Below, piece by piece: positions 41,001-50,221 of a DNA stretch of 53,655 nucleotides. The translations under genes were made by a program, and so were the position numbers. Origin of the DNA: Bacteroidales bacterium (GTDB lineage: Bacteria > Bacteroidota > Bacteroidia > Bacteroidales > UBA7960); contig SLSZ01000033.1 of the NCBI GenBank assembly GCA_007130125.1, positions 1 to 53,655 on the forward strand, given 5' to 3'. The notes below the pieces were generated by a model that saw nothing but the letters and a program-made list of their open reading frames with translations, was not told the origin of the DNA and did not search any database. Position 1 is the first letter of the stretch; each line of letters opens with the position of its first letter.

Positions 41001-42561
41001 CTTCCGGGGGATGGCTTCAGGTAACTTGCGTTTGGCAGGAGCAGCAGAAGATCCGGAATTGACAGGTAAAGTCAGATTAGCACGTACCGGCTTTAGAGTT
41101 GACTATTTGAATACAAGCTATACTTTCGCACATGAAGTAGAATTTGGAAAAAACTATTTTGCTTTCGATGATCTGGTACTTAATGACACTATAGGCAATA
41201 GAGCAAAAGCGTCAGGTCGTGTTTACCATGATCAATTTCGTGATTTTGCCCTTGACATTGAGATATTTCCGGAAAATACTATTTTGCTTAATACACGTGA
41301 CACCAGGAATGATCTTTATTTTGGAAGTGCATTTGCTACAGGGCGTGCACATATACACGGCCCGGTGGATAATATAGTAATGGATATTCGAGCCAGAACC
41401 AACAGAGGTACTCAATTCTTTTTACCATTAACATACAGAGGTGAACTTAAAGAATCAACATATATAACTTTCGTTTCTAACAACGATGATGATACAGTCC
41501 AGATAAATAATCAAACACCTCATATTGCGCAAACATCAGGTATAACATTAAATTTTGATTTAGAGGTTACACCTGATGCTGAAGTACAGTTAATTTTTGA
41601 TTCACAAATTGGTGACATAATTCGTGGGCGTGGGTATGGAAACCTTAACCTGGAAATAACATCGCAAGGTTCATTTAACATGTATGGTGATTATACTATT
41701 GAAGAGGGAGATTATTTGTTTACTTTGCAAAACATGCTTAATAAGCGCTTTAGAATAGAGCAAGGAAGCACTATTCGATGGGCAGGAGACCCTATGGATG
41801 CAGAAATAGATCTTAAAGCATCTTATCGCGTTAGAACTGCATTATATGACCTGGTTATGATGGAAGATGAGGAATTGTCGGATGTGTACAGACGTAGAGT
41901 GCCTGTAGATGTCGTGCTTCAAATGGAAAATGAATTGTTTAATCCCGATTTAGCTTTCCAGATAGATTTGCCTCAAAGCGACGAAGCAACCCGCGAAATG
42001 ATTGACAGGCTTATTACAACAGAACAGGAAATGAATAGGCAAATTTTTTCATTACTGGTTTTAGGGAGATTTTTGCCGGAAGATCACCAAAGATATGATG
42101 CAACAATGGGGTATGGAGTAGGTATGACTTCAACAGAGATGTTATCTAACCAAATTAGCAATTGGCTGTCACAAATAAGCAATGAATTTGATATAGGGGT
42201 TAATTACCGCCCCGGAGATGAAATATCAAGCCAGGAATTAGAGGTTGCACTATCTACTCAGCTTTTTGATGACAGGCTAATTATAGATGGCCAGGTAGGT
42301 ATGGCCGGCGACCATCCATCATCGGACCATGATGCCAGTAATATTATTGGTGATGTCAATATCGAATATAAAATTACTCCAGAAGGAAGGTTTAGAGTAA
42401 AAGCCTTTAACCGTTCAAATACAATGGATGTTCTTAATACAAACTCAATGTATACGCAAGGTGTTGGACTGTTTTACAGGAAAGAGTTTGATAGATTCGA
42501 GGAACTTTTTCAAAGAAGAAAAAGTGAAACAGATGATTCGGATGAGTATAGCTCAGAGTAA
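38074..42561 (+). CDS. tamB: Translocation and assembly module protein TamB (DUF490 family)
   Basis: The ORF track starts at TTG 38050; I prefer the ATG at 38074 (MRKKAWLIIIITIV...). N-terminal TM anchor, about 1500 aa beta-rich, C-terminal TamB/DUF490-like region (RFRIEQGSTIRWAGDPMDAEIDLKASYRV). Divergent from tsaD. Confidence 0.8.
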   Translation: MRKKAWLIIIITIVIMPVFLYTALRSSYVQNFLVQKVASHLSKEFETEVQVGGIDVTFFLNIVLEDVSVKDRTDQPLIVVERLVFNTGRFGFRKRFLVINKLKFENAEINIIKYKDAEDFNIQFLVDYFSQDTVKKDPKPWDIECKSFVFENSDFSLLNKNIPVSNGQFDPNNISLSELNMDISNINFGKDTMAASLNQLSFKESSGFEFEKLSGDLFLSTEGSSVKNMVLKTNHSLLNMNASMEYSSLDDFKNFAENVYLDFDMEKSSLGFIDIGYFSDEFAGKRDKVLLQGNLSGKLSNFRGRDFILAFGRTTILDGNFFVSGLPDYDNTFINLSVNEFTTSRLDIDRFAEVADIKTIDSEHYEYLVNLGNVRFTGNLTGFLNDFVAYGDLNTDIGMIKSDIAIYDDHEAGDIGYRGSLAAKSFDVGKFLNQQNTIGKVSLDFFVEGSGGDLESASMELKGKIDTMMLMGYNYNNINLSGSFISKRFNGNFVIDDPNIMLDFAGIIDFYQSPYRFDFYAMVDNANLTNLNLYQRDSLYQSVISTYLTINTKATKLDDLEGDIIIDNTKYREIAIYEEDVKNYNFNKILISNHIDDEKSKNIELLSEILDININGNINFDNITNSVNYFFASYMPAWYKDIPDTLLYETDDTDFKYSIDIKDASPVTEIFIPNLTIADNSKIEGNFNNKTQQFNIRGNVPTIVYNDNVFYDFEINAGHEDERYIFELSSNKFMISDTVWVDNLSFTNLLSNDSLTTQLKWKNEDTKIRNEGWVESVTSFDRSDRFNIRLLPSKVFINDSLWQANQDHIIHVDSTAYTVDNLRIYKNQEHIIIDGKVSRSYDDELKFGFREFDLANFDWFFEARNLKFDGLLSGNITVSNPFGVPNIVGDAEIINFGFNHDHLGNLILETRYDIEEKGFEVLLEIIYFGNIGYNKPIVGSGFYYPEREDDNFDLDFKIENLKMSIFSRYLEGFAQNFRGMASGNLRLAGAAEDPELTGKVRLARTGFRVDYLNTSYTFAHEVEFGKNYFAFDDLVLNDTIGNRAKASGRVYHDQFRDFALDIEIFPENTILLNTRDTRNDLYFGSAFATGRAHIHGPVDNIVMDIRARTNRGTQFFLPLTYRGELKESTYITFVSNNDDDTVQINNQTPHIAQTSGITLNFDLEVTPDAEVQLIFDSQIGDIIRGRGYGNLNLEITSQGSFNMYGDYTIEEGDYLFTLQNMLNKRFRIEQGSTIRWAGDPMDAEIDLKASYRVRTALYDLVMMEDEELSDVYRRRVPVDVVLQMENELFNPDLAFQIDLPQSDEATREMIDRLITTEQEMNRQIFSLLVLGRFLPEDHQRYDATMGYGVGMTSTEMLSNQISNWLSQISNEFDIGVNYRPGDEISSQELEVALSTQLFDDRLIIDGQVGMAGDHPSSDHDASNIIGDVNIEYKITPEGRFRVKAFNRSNTMDVLNTNSMYTQGVGLFYRKEFDRFEELFQRRKSETDDSDEYSSE

Positions 42562-42637
42562 AGAGGCTAAATTGACCCTTCTCTAATATGCATAAATATT
42601 GCTTCTATTCTCAATCAAACTATTACTGACGGTAGTA

Positions 42638-43666
42638 TTATTTTAATAATCTTTTTATTTCAACAACAAAATTGTTTATATCTTCTTCAGTAGTCAAGAA
42701 AGAAGTCATCCAACGTACTTCACTCTTTTCATGATTCCATACATAAAAAAAGAATTTTTCCTGTAATTTATTGATAATCTCTTTTGGTATGACAGCAAAT
42801 ATGGAATTTGTTTCTACAGGTTGAGTAATAGTTATTTCCGGAATATTTTTAAGTTTTTCTTCAAGTAACTTAGCCATGCTGTTAGAGTGTCTTGCATTTT
42901 TTAACCAAAGGTTATCACTAAGAATTGCAGAAAACTGTGCAGAAATATAGCGCATTTTTGATGCAAGCTGCATGGATTGTTTACGAATATATTTATAATC
43001 CTTTGCCAGCCCGGGATTAATAAAGACCACAGCTTCTCCAAACATCATCCCGTTTTTTGTGCCGCCAAAAGAAATAACATCAACACCGGTCTCTGTTAAC
43101 ATTTTATCTATTGGTTCTGAAGCAGCGACAGCATTGGCAATGCGTGCTCCGTCAACATGCACATAAAGGTCGTTTTTTCGGGCAAACCTAACAATTTCTT
43201 CAATTTCCGCTATTGAATATATCGTTCCCATTTCTGTGGCTTGTGTGATAGATATGACTTTAGGTTGCACATGATGCTCAAAGCCCCGGGATTTTAAAAA
43301 TTTTTCCAGTTGCCCTGCTTTGAGTTTCCCGTCAGCTGATGGCACCGTTAATAGCTTACATCCTGCATATTTTTCCGGTGCACCACATTCATCTTTATTC
43401 ATATGCGCTGTTTCAGCACACATGACTGCTTGAAAAGGTTTAATCAAGTTGCTAATTGAGCTGACATTTGCTCCTGTACCATTAAAAACAAAAAAAGTTT
43501 CAACTTCAGCACTGAAAACTTCTTTAAACAGCTCTTTGCTTTGTTCGGTATAAGGATCATCCCCATAAGCTATTACATCACCTTGATTTGCCAGCATGAT
43601 AGCTTTCATAATTTTTTCATGAACAGGAGCATTATTGTCGCTGGCAAAGCTTCTATAAAATTTCAT
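42638..43666 (-). CDS. ltaE: Low-specificity L-threonine aldolase (beta-eliminating lyase family, PLP)
   Basis: 342 aa. FASDNNAPVHEKIM, YGDDPYT, FGGTKNG (PLP Lys). Confidence 0.85.
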   Translation of the reverse strand: MKFYRSFASDNNAPVHEKIMKAIMLANQGDVIAYGDDPYTEQSKELFKEVFSAEVETFFVFNGTGANVSSISNLIKPFQAVMCAETAHMNKDECGAPEKYAGCKLLTVPSADGKLKAGQLEKFLKSRGFEHHVQPKVISITQATEMGTIYSIAEIEEIVRFARKNDLYVHVDGARIANAVAASEPIDKMLTETGVDVISFGGTKNGMMFGEAVVFINPGLAKDYKYIRKQSMQLASKMRYISAQFSAILSDNLWLKNARHSNSMAKLLEEKLKNIPEITITQPVETNSIFAVIPKEIINKLQEKFFFYVWNHEKSEVRWMTSFLTTEEDINNFVVEIKRLLK

Positions 43667-43679
43667 ATCATTTTATTTT

Positions 43680-44831
43680 TTATTTTACAACATACCTGGG
43701 TATATTAGAGGGCAGCCTTGCGAGCAGTTGATAATTCAATTGCTCGCTCATTTGGCAGAAAGAAGAAACACTAATTGACAACTTTCTCTGTTTACCGATA
43801 ATTACTACTTCATCGCCTTTTTCAACATTTGGAAGATCTGATACATTAACAGTTGTTGTATTCATTGTAACAGTACCTACTACCGGAACACGCCGGCCTC
43901 TGATCAATACCCGGCCGGTGTTGCTAAATGCCCTGCTAAAACCATTAGCATATCCAACCGGTAATACGGCAATCTTCATTTTTTTATTAGCAAGGAATGA
44001 AGTTCCATAACCAATAAACTCACCGGGTTCAACTTCTTTTATTACCATTATTTTTGTTTTCCATGATATTACCCTGCGCAACAGATTGCTCTCTCCAGGA
44101 TTTTTGCGAAACCTGTACATGTGAGTCTCGGGGCTGGGCCAAAAACCGTATTGGGCTATACCAACACGTACCATATCCATTATAGTTTGAGAATAAGTTA
44201 ATGTAGCTGCTGAACTTGCAGTATGTTTTTTTAAAGGTATAAGGTCATGCCTTTGAAAATAACGGCTGAATTTATGAAACTTCTTAATCTGGTTTTTTAC
44301 TCGTACATAGTTAGATATGCTTTCAGCTCCGGCGTAATGAGTGCATAAACCCTCAAACACATAATGTTCACGGTTTTTTTTCATATAATCTATCAACCTG
44401 GGCATATACTCATACTCAAAACCTGTACGATGAAAGCCTGTCTCTACTTCTATGTGAATGCGGGCTTTCTTTTTTAGTAATTTCGAAATATTTATTGCTT
44501 TTTCAAGCTTTCCGGGTTCATAAACAAAAAATTCTATATCGTTTTTAATAGCCCATTCTATTTCTTCATAATCCAATAATCCCATGATCATCAATCCTGA
44601 AGAATCAGACTTCATCTTAAGTGTATCAAACGCTTCACTAGCTGAAAACACAGAAAAATGATTCACGCCAAACTCTTCAGCCATAGGAACAATATGTTCC
44701 AGGCCATGCCCATAAGCATTTCCTTTTATTACGGAAGAAAACTTAGTGTCATTGCCTATTAATTTTTGCAAATATTTTAAGTTGTTTCGGTAAGCAGACC
44801 TGCTTAATTCAATATGAGACGTGTGAAACAT
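43680..44831 (-). CDS. alr: Alanine racemase-family PLP enzyme
   Basis: 383 aa. VIKGNAYGHG (PLP Lys), HTASSAA, VGIAQYG, VGYANGFSR. Starts 13 nt upstream of ltaE on the coding strand. Confidence 0.8.
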   Translation of the reverse strand: MFHTSHIELSRSAYRNNLKYLQKLIGNDTKFSSVIKGNAYGHGLEHIVPMAEEFGVNHFSVFSASEAFDTLKMKSDSSGLMIMGLLDYEEIEWAIKNDIEFFVYEPGKLEKAINISKLLKKKARIHIEVETGFHRTGFEYEYMPRLIDYMKKNREHYVFEGLCTHYAGAESISNYVRVKNQIKKFHKFSRYFQRHDLIPLKKHTASSAATLTYSQTIMDMVRVGIAQYGFWPSPETHMYRFRKNPGESNLLRRVISWKTKIMVIKEVEPGEFIGYGTSFLANKKMKIAVLPVGYANGFSRAFSNTGRVLIRGRRVPVVGTVTMNTTTVNVSDLPNVEKGDEVVIIGKQRKLSISVSSFCQMSEQLNYQLLARLPSNIPRYVVK

Positions 44832-44953
44832 GTGATTGTTATGATTTTTTTATTTTGAATAATCAATAAACTTTTTCTAGAATAAAATATCTGTATCTAC
44901 CGAAAGCTATATCTGATAATTATTTTGCATTTTTACAAACCTGATCTTTCTCG

Positions 44954-46111
44954 TTATTCATTATTAAATATCATATCGATTGTTCTAATGAATACTTCTG
45001 CACCGGTTTCAATAATATCATCCGGAAAATCATAATCATAGTTATGTAAACTTGGATGTTTACTTCCTGAACCCAAGCCCCATAATGCACATTTATATTT
45101 TTCTGTAAAATTACCAAAATCTTCTGACCAACGGAAAGGATTATCTATCCATGTGATGGGTTTATTAACTTTTTTTGCTGCATTGTGTAAAAACTCATTT
45201 GCTTCAGCATTATTAATAGTGGCAGGAAACTCTTCGGTATATTCTATAGAGCTTATTATATTATATTGCTTTGATTTGTCTTCAACGATTTTTTCAGCTA
45301 TTTCTTTTAATTTAAGCATATCATCATTACGGTACGAACGGAAGGTGGCCATAAGCGTGGCTTTTCCGGGATTTGTGCCAAAAGCTACCTCACCAATCGT
45401 TGTGTGGATTATGGTAACTAATATAAAATCAATAAAGATGTTTTTAAGTTTTGGCAAATTTTCAAGTTCCAGTATAAGTTCTGCTGTTAGCTTTGCCGGA
45501 CTATTACCCTGCTCCGGATGTGCTGCATGCGAAGATTCACCCTCGAGGCTTATTATTGTTCCAATTGATGCAGATGCAAAATGCTTGTTGCTTAATATTA
45601 TAGAGTTTTTCTCAAATCCGGGCAAATTATGCAAAGCATAAATGTAATCAGGATTTAAATCTAAAAAACCAGGATCTTCTATTACATTTTTTGCTCCCTG
45701 TCCAGTTTCCTCTGCAGGTTGAAATAATAAAATAACTTTGCCATTTGAAGGTGGGTTTTTATGCAAATGCATAGCTATTCCACATAAAATAGCCATATGG
45801 CCATCATGTCCACATTTGTGACCTACTCCGGGGTTTAAAGATCGATGATCAAAAGTGTTTGCCTCTTCTATTGGTAATGCATCCATATCAGCACGAATCA
45901 TTACCCTGGGGCCTTTGTTATCTTTTCCAAAAATGAATGCAAGCCCATGTCCTCCCAGGCTCTTTATAATCTTATCAGGATTGTATTTTGTTATAAAACT
46001 TTCAAGCCTCTCTGCTGTGTCCTTTTCTTCACCCGATAATTCAGGGTATTTGTGAAGCTCACGCCTGAAGTTGTATAACTTTTCGATCTCTTTCTTTGAA
46101 AAAAAACCCAT
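44954..46111 (-). CDS. M20D-family amidohydrolase (aminoacylase / hippurate-hydrolase-like)
   Basis: 385 aa. RRELHKYPELSGEE, RADMDALP, HKCGHDGH, FQPAEE. Confidence 0.85.
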   Translation of the reverse strand: MGFFSKKEIEKLYNFRRELHKYPELSGEEKDTAERLESFITKYNPDKIIKSLGGHGLAFIFGKDNKGPRVMIRADMDALPIEEANTFDHRSLNPGVGHKCGHDGHMAILCGIAMHLHKNPPSNGKVILLFQPAEETGQGAKNVIEDPGFLDLNPDYIYALHNLPGFEKNSIILSNKHFASASIGTIISLEGESSHAAHPEQGNSPAKLTAELILELENLPKLKNIFIDFILVTIIHTTIGEVAFGTNPGKATLMATFRSYRNDDMLKLKEIAEKIVEDKSKQYNIISSIEYTEEFPATINNAEANEFLHNAAKKVNKPITWIDNPFRWSEDFGNFTEKYKCALWGLGSGSKHPSLHNYDYDFPDDIIETGAEVFIRTIDMIFNNE

Positions 46112-46252
46112 ACGCTAAATTAAATTATTAATTATTTTTTGATAGTTTCCGGACTTTATAAATGATAAATAATTCAAATACCCCGGCAGAGATTGATTTA
46201 TTTATTTATTAATTAATTGTTTATTTTATAGTATTTTATATGATTATAAGAA

Positions 46253-47593
46253 TCAAGGATTGAGCTTTTCGCTCAATGGTAAATCAAATTCTTCAATCAT
46301 TTTAATATCCATTTTTTCAAGTTCATCCAATACAGGGTTATATATTTCGGGGATAACCGGTATATGAATTCCTGTTTTATTTATTTTATTGTTCAATATC
46401 ATATCTACTCCAACAGCTGCAGGTAAAGCAACTGTTTTTGCCACCGCTGTATCAGTTGCCAGCATTCCAAAATCAAGCAATGACGACTTAATTACTTCTT
46501 TTTTGCCGTCAGGATAAGAAGCCAGGAATATGTGCTGCATAGCTACCATATCTCTTTCTTTTTCACCAAGCTTCATTTTTTCCATCATTAGATCACTGAC
46601 AATCTCAAAAGGTGAATCTTCTTTTCTATTTATAGGTTGATTATCAAATAGGCCTAACCATTCGATTGCTTTAATTGCATATGATTCTTCTTTTAAGTTA
46701 AGATGTTTTGCTGCTTTGGCCCTTATGTTTGTCGGATCTTTTTCATTTATGAGCGTTGCAACCATTTCGGCATATGTTTTGCCGGTAAAGTTATATGTAT
46801 CAGTGGTTATTAGATTAAGAGCTTTCATAGCGTCAACTGTGCAACACCATCCAGGGTATCTGAATGTTCCACGCATCATTGATTTTACTTCGGGAATGCC
46901 ATAAAGGTCGATATAAGGAAGACTGTCGCGATTAGGGTAGATTTCCAGTTCACCAATTTCCATGAAATTTAACGACAAGGGGTTTTTGAAAATATCCTCA
47001 CTAGGTATGTATACCTCCTTATTATCCAGAAGATATTTGCCGTCATTATTACTGGCCATAATAACCCCTTTTGGACTCCATGAGAACTTATATTTTAAAG
47101 GGTTGGTAGCTGCTTCAGGAGCCGGAAGTGCACCGCAAATACTATAAAACTCTTCAATTTTACCATCTTTATCATGAACAAGATCAATAATTCTCATAGC
47201 CGACATATGATCAATACCGGGATCAAGCCCCAGCTCATTGAGTATTATAATACCGGCCTTTTTGCAATCTTGCTCAAGAGCCTTCATGTCAGGTTTTACA
47301 TATGAAGTAGTAATCATGTCTTTTTTGTGCTTAATGCAATATTTGGCTACTTCAACATGGTAAATCCAAGGTAAAAGGCTTACGGTAAGATCATGGTCAT
47401 GGATCATTTTGTCAAGCTCCTCTGATTGATCAACAGCCCATGGTACTACCTTGCAATTTTCATAACCCTGCATTACTGCATCTGCGTTTATTGTTTCTTT
47501 GCTGGCAACAGTGACAAAGTATTTCTTTTCCAAAAGGTATTTTATAATTGGTTTAGCAACCATGCCTGCTCCAAGGATCAACACTTTCCTCAT
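46253..47593 (-). CDS. Saccharopine dehydrogenase (L-glutamate-forming type, Lys9/AASS-SDH-like)
   Basis: 446 aa. Rossmann VLILGAGMVAKP, GLDPGIDHM, YKFSWSPKGV, YPNRDS, RGTFRYPGW. Confidence 0.85.
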   Translation of the reverse strand: MRKVLILGAGMVAKPIIKYLLEKKYFVTVASKETINADAVMQGYENCKVVPWAVDQSEELDKMIHDHDLTVSLLPWIYHVEVAKYCIKHKKDMITTSYVKPDMKALEQDCKKAGIIILNELGLDPGIDHMSAMRIIDLVHDKDGKIEEFYSICGALPAPEAATNPLKYKFSWSPKGVIMASNNDGKYLLDNKEVYIPSEDIFKNPLSLNFMEIGELEIYPNRDSLPYIDLYGIPEVKSMMRGTFRYPGWCCTVDAMKALNLITTDTYNFTGKTYAEMVATLINEKDPTNIRAKAAKHLNLKEESYAIKAIEWLGLFDNQPINRKEDSPFEIVSDLMMEKMKLGEKERDMVAMQHIFLASYPDGKKEVIKSSLLDFGMLATDTAVAKTVALPAAVGVDMILNNKINKTGIHIPVIPEIYNPVLDELEKMDIKMIEEFDLPLSEKLNP

Positions 47594-47623
47594 TTCGTCA
47601 TTTGTTTTTATAGGTTAACTTTT

Positions 47624-48931
47624 TTATTTTAAATAACTTTCAATGTATTTATATTCCGGTGTTAATTTTCCGTTTAATAAAATCAAAGCTTTTTTAATAG
47701 GGTGGGGTAGTTTGATATTATCAAACGATTCACTAAAGTTGGCATCAGCTATAGGTTTAACGAAATCCATTAATGCATCTGCAAAAGCTATTGATGAATC
47801 GCGAGGTAGCTCGCTGGGCAAAATATCAACAGCCATTACAAGCATTCCTTCGCCGTCAAAACCCGGTTTAGGTTTACGTGTGCTTGGATTGTAGACAAAT
47901 ACAGGATCTTCTATAGGCGTTCCTTTATGAGTAATTTCCACCGAACCATCAGGGTCGCATGTAATATCACCAATTACTGTTAACTTTGGCCGCCCTTTTT
48001 CAAAAAGTTTTTGAAGGTAGTCTTTGGTTACTATCCTGGGATACCTTTCATCCCAATACATACAATTCATTAAAACAGTTAAATGTGGAATGTATTTTTC
48101 AAAAACAGAGTGATATTTGTCCGGGTTTTTATAATAGTCTTGTAAATCAAAAGAACTGCCATCATTCCTTGCAGAAAGGTGTTCTTCTTTGAATATTACT
48201 TTGTATAATACATTGTTAGGGATGTTTTTTCTCTCTCTAAGCTTAAGTAGTTCCTCCGGCAGAATCTCTTTTATTGGAAGAAAAGAGGCTATTTCCTGTG
48301 CACCGACTGAAACATTTCCATAACCGGTAAAGCCAATGGTCAAAGGACATAGCTCCCCGGGAAGTCCCTCTTCGGCAATTTGCTGGCCAACTTTGGCAAT
48401 TTCCCTTTTTGCTTCATCAAGAGAGTTATACTTGTATGATTGTTTTATTTTTAAAAATGGTGTATCATAGCCATATTTTTTAAGTCTTTCACCCAAACTC
48501 CATATCGAATTGATCATCCCGGCCAGGCCAGCAAACTTGCCAAAAAAGATAAGCCTGCGGTTTTGTTCATCAACAATCCTTTCGTAATCAATCAAATTAC
48601 AATTCATCTCCATCATTCTTTTGAGCATGGGCATATTGTAGGGTTGCCCCTTTATAACGTGAGAGAAAAAGATATAAGTTTTGTTATTTTCAAACTTTTG
48701 TTCAGGAATCTCCTTTACACCAAATATTACCTGGCTGTTTTTTAAGTTGTTTTCAACTTTTGCGCCGGCCTCTTTGTACTCTTGGTCTAAAAAAACCCTC
48801 TTATCGGATTTTTCAACTATTATTTCCAATCCGTATTTCTCAATAAGTTTTTTAACATGATAGGGGGTAAGAGGCGTACGGCATTCCATTAAATATTTGT
48901 CTTCATGTCTTATTCCTAAAGTAGCACTCAT
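47624..48931 (-). CDS. Lysine-ketoglutarate reductase-like protein (AlaDH/PNT-fold, saccharopine dehydrogenase L-lysine-forming type)
   Basis: 435 aa. GIRHEDKYLMECRTPLTP, GVKEIP, FFSHVIKGQPYNMPML. It resembles the LKR half of eukaryotic AASS. 30 nt upstream of the SDH gene. Confidence 0.75.
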   Translation of the reverse strand: MSATLGIRHEDKYLMECRTPLTPYHVKKLIEKYGLEIIVEKSDKRVFLDQEYKEAGAKVENNLKNSQVIFGVKEIPEQKFENNKTYIFFSHVIKGQPYNMPMLKRMMEMNCNLIDYERIVDEQNRRLIFFGKFAGLAGMINSIWSLGERLKKYGYDTPFLKIKQSYKYNSLDEAKREIAKVGQQIAEEGLPGELCPLTIGFTGYGNVSVGAQEIASFLPIKEILPEELLKLRERKNIPNNVLYKVIFKEEHLSARNDGSSFDLQDYYKNPDKYHSVFEKYIPHLTVLMNCMYWDERYPRIVTKDYLQKLFEKGRPKLTVIGDITCDPDGSVEITHKGTPIEDPVFVYNPSTRKPKPGFDGEGMLVMAVDILPSELPRDSSIAFADALMDFVKPIADANFSESFDNIKLPHPIKKALILLNGKLTPEYKYIESYLK

Positions 48932-48973
48932 ATCAAATTAAAGTTTAAGTTATGTTTTATAAACAAGTTTTGG

Positions 48974-48981
48974 CAAACTTA
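48974..48981 (-). promoter_or_regulatory. Candidate -7 box (TAnnTTTG, minus strand) upstream of the LKR gene
   Basis: The plus strand reads CAAACTTA, which is TAAGTTTG on the minus strand, about 43 nt upstream of the ATG at 48931. Confidence 0.4.
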
Positions 48982-49129
48982 TAAAAAAAAGTGATACTTT
49001 GAAAATATAGAAACGTGTATGATTATTATGAAAAAATAACTTGCAAACTATGATAAATCGATTATCGTTTTATTTAATTGAATACAAAAAATAGTAAACA
49101 TGCAAGAAAAAGAATGCTTTGAATTAATA

Positions 49130-49160
49130 ACAAAAAAGCCTGCATTTTCTTTGCAGGCTT
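49130..49160 (-). terminator. Intrinsic terminator downstream of the PorP/SprF gene
   Basis: Hairpin gcctgca (49138-49144) / tgcaggc (49152-49158) with a 7-nt loop. On the minus strand it is followed by TTTTTT. Confidence 0.65.
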
Positions 49161-49187
49161 TCAATGGTGGATTAGGCATATTATTGC

Positions 49188-50111
49188 TTAATTGAATATA
49201 CGGGGAGTTTGAGGTGTCACTCGTGTTCTGTTAAAACCTTCGAAAGTAGTTTGTATCATTATTTCGTGCGTTCCTCCGCTATAGCCACGACTGGTACCTA
49301 TTGCATAGTCATATGCATATCCTGCTGAGAGGTAATGTGTTATCTGATATCCCACCATAGCAGAAATAGCATCACCAAGCCTATAACTGAAACCTGTCCA
49401 CAACATGTCGTCATAATAACCGATAACGTTTATGTCAAACTGTGTGATATACCAACTGCTTTTGAAAAGTAAGAATGGTTCAATATCAACGCGATCAAAT
49501 ACATCAATAAACCTATATTTACCATATAAGTAGTAGTGCATCGGAGGATATTCTATTGTAGCTTCTCTTGAAGATTTGTAATGAAGGTGTGTAATGGCAA
49601 AGCCCACCGTAAGATTTGGATCAACATATTCGGCACCAAAGTTAAAATCCGGCTTTAAAAAGCTCTCTTTGTGATAAAAAGCAAGCGGGTCATGACCTAC
49701 TGCATATTCCAGGTTGCTGCCGTCAAGTGTACGGTTGATTATTCCTGCACCAAGGCCAAGGGTTACGGTTGAAAGCACACCGGTCTGTATAGGATAAGCA
49801 TAGAATGCTCTTGCAATCAGAAAATTTTCATATCCGGCTTTATCATTTACGATATTTATACCCACACCACCATAAATGTCCTGGATATATGTGCTTGCAT
49901 TGAGTATCTGAGTAGAAGGAGCATCATCAAAACCGACCCATTGTTGGCGTGCAACCATTGATGCGTTTATTGTGTTTGATATTTCAACTGATGCCGGATT
50001 AAAAGTAACTTCATTAAACATATACTGACTGAAGTGAACATCAGTTTGTGCTTTTACAGGAACGTATCCTAGAAATAGAAGCAAAACGATAAATAATAGT
50101 AATTTTTTCAT
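49188..50111 (-). CDS. PorP/SprF-family type IX secretion system membrane protein
   Basis: 307 aa. Signal peptide, then the family signature QTDVHFSQYMFNEVTFNPA. Beta-barrel-like pattern. Confidence 0.9.
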   Translation of the reverse strand: MKKLLLFIVLLLFLGYVPVKAQTDVHFSQYMFNEVTFNPASVEISNTINASMVARQQWVGFDDAPSTQILNASTYIQDIYGGVGINIVNDKAGYENFLIARAFYAYPIQTGVLSTVTLGLGAGIINRTLDGSNLEYAVGHDPLAFYHKESFLKPDFNFGAEYVDPNLTVGFAITHLHYKSSREATIEYPPMHYYLYGKYRFIDVFDRVDIEPFLLFKSSWYITQFDINVIGYYDDMLWTGFSYRLGDAISAMVGYQITHYLSAGYAYDYAIGTSRGYSGGTHEIMIQTTFEGFNRTRVTPQTPRIFN

Positions 50112-50221
50112 GGCACATTATATTCTTTTCTGATACTGATTATAGTTTTAGTATGCAAAAAAATACGCTAAAACTTTAATTACTCAGTAATCATTTGTTT
50201 AAACAGTTGTACGTAAATGGC

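Noticed and set aside
45153-45641. 162-aa plus-strand ORF, long for this AT-rich genome
   Set aside because: It is fully antisense to the well-supported M20D amidohydrolase and has Ser/Ile/Phe-rich, shadow-frame-like composition. The same reasoning applies to the other antisense ORFs in the track, for example 5676-6014, 27769-28107, 34009-34326 and 12804-13076.
48932-49130. A lysine riboswitch upstream of the LKR/SDH genes
   Set aside because: The leader is extremely AT-rich and lacks any conserved GC-rich helices or an L-box core.
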